A stretch of 64,000 nucleotides of DNA from Chrysomallon squamiferum (Eukaryota > Animalia > Mollusca): positions 7,750,001-7,814,000 of the forward strand of contig CM022669.1 of NCBI GenBank assembly GCA_012295275.1. The letters run 5' to 3'. The position numbers and the translations under genes were made by a program. Positions 55,412 through 64,000 of this stretch are shown here, piece after piece. The notes under the pieces were generated by a model, which saw nothing but the letters and a program-made list of their open reading frames with translations, did no database searches and had not been told where the DNA came from. Position 1 is the first letter of the stretch. The number at the start of each line of letters is the position of its first letter.

Positions 55412-56319
55412 CTATATGAAATTTACTTGAAATGAATGCATAATGATTCAGTATCTGACTGTAATAATATTAGTGGCACATCTGTAGCAGTAATAATAAC
55501 AGTATATAACTGTCACCTGCGGATTATTCATTTCCAGGCATCTGTAGAGCTGGCCTAGTGAACACAGCAAATTTCAACAATTTCTTTTGTTTCTCTGTTT
55601 TTATTACAATGCATTAATTAACTCATTTAATGTATGGGTGTTTAGTTGGATATTAAAATTTAAAGGAAAAAAAAAAATAGGTAAGTAAAAAAAAAAAAAA
55701 AATAATAATTAAAAAGATGAGTTAAAAACCTCCCCAAAACCCAGAATAATTAAAACTTTTGGTTATGGATTTATTTACAAAGAAATAAAATAGAAATTCA
55801 TTGCTGGCATATTACGTAAAATAACAAAACCTCTCAAGACAAGATGATACAGCAGTGACCAATGTCAGTAAGTAAATACCAATGAATTTCTGTATCCTTT
55901 CAGGAAATATATTTAAATATAACAGTGACTCTCTTGGATTTTTCACTTGTGCTAAATTACAGTTTTATTAACTGATGTTTCAACCACGTATTTCAGTTCT
56001 GAGCACAGTTTTGCATTGACTAGCTATACACAACATGCACAGTACTTAAGCCTTGATAGTAAATTCTTCATTTAATATCAGCTGGTTGACAGTCTAAAAT
56101 TTCCAGTAGCAAAACTTTATTTGTCGAATTAATTTATCATGTTAGTATATGTTTTAACTAATGAGCATCAATGTGAAAATACCTGCAAGAGTATTTATGG
56201 AATATTTGTGAAAGTAAGTTAAATGTGAGTATTTTGAAATCAGTAGCTGAATATTAATAGAAGATACAAATATTGAGTTACTATGTAGTAAGTGCCTAGA
56301 AACCAGTTTTGATGATTTA

Positions 56320-56640
56320 TGTGGTAAATCATTTTGAGTTATTTTTGTTTTTGATACCAGTCTGTGTCATTAATTTAGTAAATTATTTTGAGTTATTTTT
56401 GTTTTTGACACCAGTCTGTGTCATTCATTTAGTAAGTTATTTTGAGTTACTTGTGTTGGATTCAAGTTTGTATGATATCATTTCATAAATCATTTTGAGT
56501 TATACTTGATATAAATCTCTATCATTCATGTGGTAAATCATTTGCATTTTTTGTTTTTTGATGCCAGTTTGTAGGATTCAGTTGTTAATGATTTTGAGTT
56601 ACAGTTGATACCAGTCTGGATGATTCATTTGGTAAATGAT
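56320..56640. repeat. Degenerate ~58-bp tandem repeat
   Basis: gtaaatcattttgagtta...gataccagtctg recurs several times. Confidence 0.75.
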
Positions 56641-58874
56641 TTACTATCTGCTATTTTCCAGTGTTTAGCAATAATAAAAACAACATTGTTTACCCATTAA
56701 AAAGATAATTACACACATACCCTAATCAAAATGATTATTATCACATGCCAAGCTCACTGATTCAAAATACCTACCTGTGAATTGTAATTATTTAAGAAAA
56801 AAAGAAATGAAATCTGTAAATATTTAAGAAAAATGGGAGTTAACTATTAATAGTCTCTGGTATACAATACAGGCCCAGTGAACTGAAGTGATGTGAAAAT
56901 TGCACTTCTTTATATCACTGTCTTTATTGCAGCCATTGTGGGTATTGGTGTTTTGTGACATGCTTCTTTCTAAGAATGGTTCTAGCAAGCCTGTCATGAA
57001 CACATCTGAGAGTCCTAACAAGACAAGGACACTGATGTTATCAGTATGGTGCCAATTATGGCCGATATTGATTTTTCTTAATAGACTTGAACTTTTGTAT
57101 TCTGATTTATATTTCATCTGTAAAACGTAAATGTACAGAGATTGAAATATGCATTTTAAGGTAGGTTTTGATGTCTGTTCTGTTGATAAATGCATTGATT
57201 TCTGTTATGTTGATAGGTACACTGATATTTGTTATCTGAGATAGGCTTGACATATTTTATATTAAGGTAGATACATTGATATATTTTATATTGATATAAT
57301 AAAAAGACATTTATATCTGTTTTATTAAGGTTGACACTGAAGTTGGTTATATTAGGGGAGGCATTGATGATATATACATTAAGGTAGGCATTGATGTTCT
57401 GTATCTTAAGATAGGCATTGAATCTGTGTGTATCAGTATAGCCTTTGATGTTGTGCACATTAATACAGGCAAAAATGCTGGTTATATTAAAAGTCAGGTA
57501 TTGATTTTTTTTTTTTAGTGAAATGATTACTATCTTATAAAGGATCTGAATATGAGAATGCTGTGAAAAACATTTGAGTTACACCTAAACAGAATTTCCA
57601 TAAATGTAGAAAGGAAATTATTTTAGTATTTTTATTATTAGAGTATCATGTTGGCAAATTTGATGAGAAATGTGTTTGTTTTGATGATTTGTGTATATTT
57701 TATCAGTGGTTAATTATTAAAATAAATGTTCAAACATTACAGATTGTTGTTAATATTAGAATTACTTGCTTGAAATAAACAGCTGCAAAATGACCTTAAA
57801 TATTATGATGAAAATCTCTATGAATCTTGTTCAGTTGACATTTTTTGCAGTTGAGTACAGGATTACATTACTCAGTGTCTTTGACCTACTCACCTAGAAT
57901 AATCTCCTCATTGCAGAACTCTTCAGTATGGAAAACAGGTTCATGAAAGTGTAATAAAGAGATAGCTTTTTTTTTTTTTTTTTTTCATTTCTCATTGATG
58001 AAAGGTCTTTTTTTGAACACTGAGAATGAAAAATGGATCATTATTTTACTAATGCACATACATTCACTTTCTTGTGGATACCTACCACATATATATATAT
58101 CTATAATTACAAAGAGACAGGGTTTACAGTTGTACATTATTATATGGAAAATTATACTGGTTAACTGAATGTGCTAAAAAGGACAGATCTGCATGATTAT
58201 ATTTTTAAAAAAAGTGGTGTTAGATAGTCATAACCTGAGTTCACTTGCCATTATAACATAAAAAATGTGAAAAAATACATTTTTTTCATTATTTGATATA
58301 TGTGTGTGTTTGTTTTGTGTGTGTCTGTGAAAACATTTATTTAAGTACATATATCATTTTGAAATTAATAAAAACATTTTTTTTTTTTTTGTTTGTCAAT
58401 AGTTGTGGGTCTTTATCTCTTTTTTATCTTCTTTCTGAACTGCACCATTTAAATTAAATTTAAGTTACAAGGTTTCTGTTGACGTTACTTTTTATAACAA
58501 TTTATAAAGAAACATTTTAAGATCATTCTTTTCATTTTCTTTTTTCTTTTTTTCTAATTTATTTCTTTATTTTTATTTTATTTTTCCCCCTAGTGTCATT
58601 AAAATTAAACTAATTTTCAAAATCTCCTATAATTCTCTGAAGACTGTTAACTATCTAAGCAGATGAAAAGATAACATTTTCTGAGAAGAAAAAAAAATCC
58701 AATAACTGATGTCAATAATTATTGTCATAATGAAACTGATTAATGAGACCACTGTGTATAAAGAATTTCTTTACTGGTACACATGTATTTTTTTATTTCT
58801 TGTTAATATTTTTACTACTAATGCCACTATAAACATATACTTTTTTTTTTTCTTAAATTATTTTTCTATTACTT

Positions 58875-59004
58875 TTATTATTATTATTATTATTACTACT
58901 ACAACTATTATTAATATTACTATTATTATTATTATTACTACTACTATTATTAATATTATTTTTATTTCTATTATTATTACTACTACTACTACTACTACTA
59001 CTAC

Positions 59005-59065
<61 letters not shown>
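58875..59065. repeat. (ATT/ACT)n trinucleotide tract abutting the acceptor at 59075
   Basis: Direct reading; explains the poly-Ile/Thr part of ORF 58709..59293. Confidence 0.95.
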
Positions 59066-59074
59066 GTTTTGCAG

Positions 59075-59251
59075 TATTTCAGGAGAACGATGAGGCCGAC
59101 AGATTCCAGCAAGAAGATGAAGATGCAGATATGGAACAGCGTGGTGACAATAGTTCTGGTGGAGGGCAGCAACCTCGTTCCAATGGATGACAACGGCTTC
59201 AGCGACCCCTACGTCAAATTTCAGCTAGGCAAAGAAAAGTACAAGAGTAAA
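59075..59251 (+). CDS. MCTP1: MCTP exon, linker/start of C2B (YFRRTMR...QIWNSVVTIVLVEGSNLVPMDDNGFSDPYVKFQLGKEKYKSK)
   Basis: ttttgcAG| acceptor phase 0; AAA|GTAGGT donor phase 0; 59 codons. Confidence 0.95.
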
Positions 59252-60412
59252 GTAGGTTGTGGTTGTAGGTCTTTTTTTTTTTTTTTTTTTTAAATAACAC
59301 ACACACACACTCAAATACACATTGTCACCCTCATATTCACACACAAACATTCAGAAATTATTTCTGTAATCATCTCAGTGTTTCTTCTTTCATTGAGTTG
59401 TCTGTCACTCATTCTACATCACTTGTATTGTCAGTATTATAAAACTAATTTATTTTCTCTTACTCTATGCTTCTGTACTCGTCTTCCCATCTCTTTCTCT
59501 TCCATTTAGTGAGTGACTGTGCTTATGTGTATGTGTATGTGTGTATTTATAAGAGTGTCTCTTATGTACATGTAACTGTGTGTATGTGAGTCTGTGTGTG
59601 TATATGAGTGTGTGCATTTTCATAAGTGTCTCTGTAGGTAAATGTAGTTTGTGTGTATTTATGTGAGTCTGTATCTACATGTAAGTGTGTGTGTGTGTGG
59701 GAGTGAAGAATTTCCTCATTATAAAGCACTAATGAAATCATTTCAAGCATAATAAGCTTTGTGTGCTTGTAAACTTACAAACTTCAAAGACGTGTATCTC
59801 CTGGTGCCACACAAACAGTCTGGTGTCAGTAATTTAAAAGCGTATTGATTGATCACAGTCAAGAAGCTCTGACTTCTTCCTTGATTAGTGATGCATTTTA
59901 CTTGTTTCATGTCTGACCTTTGTGGACATTTGGCCTAGCTGAGCTTTTGTTGTTTCCCGGCAAACTCTACAATGTCTAGCCATTGTGGTCATTTTGATAC
60001 AGTTAATTTCCTAATGCAGAGTCAGACCCCTGTGTCTTGTAATGTAATTAGTATTATATTATTTTCTCATTTAAAATTTGATCAATAGAGTTTAATCTTA
60101 TCTTCATTAAGCAAATTATTATGAAGCCTACGGTGCCAGTCTGAAACCACTCAGTCTGATGTGCAGTGTTTTGAACCAGTCTAAAATCAGTGTGATGAAA
60201 CCACAGATCTTTGTTAGTGTAAGAGACAAAACATGTTTGAAAGAGGAAATTAATGTGTTCTGCTTTTTTTTAATCTATGTCTGTCTGTCTGTCTGTCTGT
60301 CTATACATCCTCCCGCAGACAGGAATAATTAAAAAATAAATGAGCAATATTTAATATTTAAATGTGCTGAATTGCTGTTATTGTTGTTATTTGTGTTATT
60401 TACATTTTTCAG

Positions 60413-60543
60413 TTCAAACCGAAGACTCTGAATCCAAAGTGGACTGAGCAGTTTGATTTGAGGATGTACGAAGATCAAACAAGTCAGCTGGAACTCACTG
60501 TGTTTGATCACGACACTGCAGGCAAAGATGATTTTATGGGCAG
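60413..60543 (+). CDS. MCTP1: MCTP exon, C2B core (FKPKTLNPKWTEQFDLRMYEDQTSQLELTVFDHDTAGKDDFMG-R)
   Basis: tttttcAG| acceptor phase 0; AG|GTAATA donor phase 2. C2 loop-3 aspartates. Not in the + ORF track. Confidence 0.95.
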
Positions 60544-60600
60544 GTAATATTACAGTCTCTATTGGCTTAGAGGTGCTGCTGCTGCTGCAAAAAAAAAAAA

Positions 60601-60632
<32 letters not shown>

Positions 60633-61387
60633 TAAAATAAAAAATAAATAAATAAATAAATAAATAAAAATAAATAAAAATATAAGAAAGAAAAAAATAA
60701 CGAAGAAGGAAATAGCCTGAACATATTTAGATTATCTCACAGAAATTTTTAATTTTTTTTTCTTGGACAGGCCTTTGGTAGTATGAACTGTATATATATT
60801 TTGTAGGCTTTCAAATGATTGTTTTTGTTTCTTGTTAAACTGTATCTGTGATGGTGCTAACAAATAAAGTTGTATATTCTTCCAGGAAATTATTTGTTTA
60901 TATTACACAGATGATGGGTACTAGTAAATAAATATTTAAGTAGATTTTGTTTTTTATTCTTGTAAAATAATTTTTATTTTATTTTGTCTTAAAGTGTTTT
61001 GTGTTTTGAGCAAACAGATGTTTCAGTTTCTAAAAATATTTTCTTAAATGTAATGGGAGACCAATCTTTGCCAATAATAAAATATGTCACATGCACACCT
61101 ATGATGTAGAATATAAATTGACATTTTACTCTTATTTATTGATTGCTGTTAAAGGAACTGAAGTCAGGTAAAAAGAAAAATATAGTAAATAAATAAAGCT
61201 AAATATTCACATACTAATGATTGAAAACAAGGAAAAGATCAAACTATAAAGTTGTTCTGTGAAATTAATTACCAATTCTGTTTTCATTTCATTGTAAGAT
61301 ATGATATAACATAAGTAAGAACAAGAAAAAGAGCAACCTCTGTGTTAATAACACAGCTTGTCTTCCAATGTTCTCTTTCTTCTTCAG

Positions 61388-61574
61388 AGCTGTGATAGAC
61401 TTGTCTAAGCTGTCAAGGGAGATAACTCACACATTGGAAGTTGAACTGGAAGATGGCGCTGGCGTCATTAAGCTTCTGTTGACAATTAGTGGTACTGCAG
61501 GCACAGAAACCATCACAGATCTGTCCAACTACACACCCAACCCCAGAGAGAGAGAGGAAATAATAAGAAAATAT
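61388..61574 (+). CDS. MCTP1: MCTP exon, end of C2B/linker (AVIDLSKLSRE...LLLTISGTAGTETITDL...EIIRKY)
   Basis: ttcttcAG| acceptor phase 2; TAT|GTTAGT donor phase 0. Confidence 0.94.
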
Positions 61575-62431
61575 GTTAGTTTGGTTTTAAATTTAAAATG
61601 TTATTTCTAAAATTTAAATTTTTTATAATTTTTAAATATTTCACCCAACCCCAGAGAAAGAGAGGAAATAATCAGAAAATATGTTAGTTTGATTTTAAAT
61701 TAAAATTTAATTTCTGTTTAAATACACCCAAACAGATATTAATTAATTAAAAGAAAATGATCATGTTTGTTTAGCATTTTTTAACAATTTTACTTTTTAA
61801 ATTTTGCTTATTCATGCAATCCCACACACACAAAAGAACACACACAAAATATAGATATATATATATATATAAAACTGAGACTTTCAAAAAGAAAACATTA
61901 TATGAAAATTTATTATTGATTTTTACAGTTTTAATTTGTTTTAAATTTTTTTGAAACAAAATAGAAACCTGAACATTTTATTCAGTAACACACATACACA
62001 CTTGCTATATATATATATATTTTGGCTTTAAATATATTTGTCATTTCAAAAAGATTTATATTAACACAGTTCAAATGTAACCAAACAATCTCAAAGTATA
62101 AATTTTAAATGTCATTATCTAAACGCTTATCATATTGTTTTCAAGATATATTTATTTAATTTGACAGTGACATTAATTAATTTCCTGATATGATAATTAA
62201 TTAGAACCTGGTTACAAGCACATCAGATATTGAGGAAAATCCACTTTATATTGTGAGGATTGTCTTTTCTCTCTGTTTTATTCCTATTTTTCTTTTTTTC
62301 TTTTTATATTTTTGATCCGAAATGAAATAATGCTAGTTTAATACCTACGAGAATTTGTTTTGTTTTTTCATATTTTATCCATCAGAAAATAAATACCTGT
62401 TTGACTATATGTTTGCTGTTTATGTTTTCAG

Positions 62432-62486
62432 GGTCTTCTTCAGTCATTTAAAAGTTTTAAAGATATAGGCTGGTTACAGGTAAAAG
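62432..62486 (+). CDS. MCTP1: MCTP short exon, start of C2C (GLLQSFKSFKDIGWLQVK-V)
   Basis: gttttcAG| acceptor phase 0; G|GTTAGT donor phase 1. KDIGWLQVKV motif. Confidence 0.9.
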
Positions 62487-62716
62487 GTTAGTAAATAAAA
62501 AAATTAAAAAAATAATAAAAAAATATAGTAATAATTAAATAAATAAAAAAAAAAAATAATTAAATAAAAATATAACTAAATAAATGAAAATACAAATAAA
62601 CAGACAAATGCATCAGTAAATAATTTAGTGCAGTGAGAATATTAAAAGAGAGAACATAACAAGGTAAAAATAATTTTTAAAACAAAAATATAAAAGAAAA
62701 TAAATGTTTTTTTCAG

Positions 62717-62858
62717 TGTTCAAGGCTCAAGGTTTGAAGTCTGCTGACTTTGGGGGTCTCAGTGATCCATTCTGTGTTCTAGAACTTGTCAACACTCGTC
62801 TGCAGACACAGACAGAGTACAAGACTCTGAACCCAGAGTGGAACAAAGTCTTCACCTT
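62717..62858 (+). CDS. MCTP1: MCTP exon, C2C ([48 protein letters not shown])
   Basis: ttttttcAG| acceptor phase 1; TT|GTGAGT donor phase 2. Confidence 0.96.
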
Positions 62859-62989
62859 GTGAGTCAGCTCAGTCTGTTCTAATAACTAGTGTCACACACA
62901 CTTCTTACTCAGAGTCACTCTGTTAGATACAGCAACATAATAACTTAGTGTGTTTTGTTAGCTTTAATTTACAGTTACTTTGCTAGGGA

Positions 62990-63180
62990 ACATTTTAATT
63001 TAGAGTTACATAGTTTTAATTTAGTGTTACTTGTTACAGTTTTGATTTAGTGTTACTTGTTACAGTTTTATGTGTTAATTGTTACAGCTTTAATTATGTG
63101 TTACTTGTTACAGTTTTGATTATGTGTTACTTGTTACAGTTTTAATTATGTGTTACTTGTTACAGTTTTGATTTAGTGTC
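62990..63180. repeat. ~26-bp minisatellite (TTTTAATTATGTGTTACTTGTTACAG)
   Basis: Six to seven tandem units inside the 62859-63389 intron. Confidence 0.9.
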
Positions 63181-63389
63181 TTTGTTAGCTTTAATTTAGA
63201 GTTACGTTGTTACATACAGATTTAATATGTGTGTGTATGTATGTATATATATATATATAGTTGTTAATTCAGAAAATGTTTACATTTCATGGCTTCTCTT
63301 ACCACTCACAAGTATGACCCGTGATAGAAAACTAAATTCTGATTTTTACAGGTGTCATTAAATAAAACTAAACCTTTATTCTGTTTTAG

Positions 63390-63492
63390 CAATGTCAAGG
63401 ACATTCACAGTGTTCTGGAGGTCACTGTGTATGATGAGGACAGAGACAAGAAGTTTGAATTTCTAGGCAGAGTGAACATTCCAATATTACGA
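63390..63492 (+). CDS. MCTP1: MCTP exon, C2C loop 3 ([34 protein letters not shown])
   Basis: ctgttttAG| acceptor phase 2; CGA|GTAAAT donor phase 0. The gene continues past the window. Confidence 0.95.
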
Positions 63493-64000
63493 GTAAATCC
63501 CACTTCATTGGTTTTTATTTACTTTTTTTTTTAAATTCATTTATTTGCATCATTTTTTATCTATAAAATTGCCAATGTGGTGCATTCGTTTGAAAAGATT
63601 TTCACTATTTTAGCCCTTTCAGACAAATGCTTATGCCAAAAACAATGCATCTTCCATGTTTTTATGCCAGTTGTGCATGCACTGCCTTGTTACAGGATGA
63701 TGGAAAGTTTTATTACATATTTAACCAGGAGTCCTGGGCATGAGAGTCTCAGTGGGTTAAAGTAAACTTGTAATACAAACAAATCATTCTTTCAATTAAA
63801 TGTTGATTCCTTTTTTTAATAGTTTAAATTTTTTAACTGTTTTAATAGTGAATGAAAAATTTTAAATTTATTTTGGAAATATACTGAAGTAAATAATAAT
63901 ATTTAACTAATAATACATTTTTCAAAATTGTGATAAAATTTTATTATTATCATTATTAAGATTCAGAAATGTCACTTTTTTTTTTTTTTTTTTTTTTTTT

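Larger units (their letters stand above)
3799..63492 (+). other. MCTP1: MCTP gene locus (multiple C2 and transmembrane domain-containing protein), 3'-partial; 5' limit uncertain
   Basis: Manually spliced exons give three tandem C2 domains with MCTP-type text ([58 protein letters not shown]). All splice phases are compatible. Symbol denotes the family; MCTP1 vs MCTP2 orthology cannot be resolved here. Confidence 0.93.

Noticed and set aside
52766-57458. Intronic ORFs of 100-126 aa (52766 +, 56824 -, 57156 -)
   Set aside because: No recognisable domain, no transposase or reverse transcriptase motifs, no fitting splice sites.
60329-60724. Minus-strand 131-aa ORF
   Set aside because: Antisense of a true C2B exon plus simple repeats.

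Overview
Strongly AT-rich, microsatellite-rich eukaryotic (animal, probably invertebrate; mollusc-like is only my impression) genomic DNA. It holds the 5' two-thirds of one + strand, intron-rich gene for a multiple C2 and transmembrane domain protein (MCTP). Nine constant exons from 46435 to 63492 splice with canonical GT-AG sites and consistent phases into C2A, C2B and most of C2C. The transmembrane region lies beyond the window. Upstream, three unrelated N-terminal coding exons (11636-12147, 18697-18831, 29529/29542-30132) each end in a phase-0 donor matching the phase-0 acceptor at 46435. This looks like a variable-first-exon/constant-region layout. Candidate short start exons at 3799-3829 and 28547-28572 complete two of the N-termini in frame. 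The rest is intron with many mini/microsatellites and local duplications. No prokaryotic features, RNA genes, CRISPR arrays or intact transposon ORFs were seen. All exon calls are by-eye predictions without transcript data.
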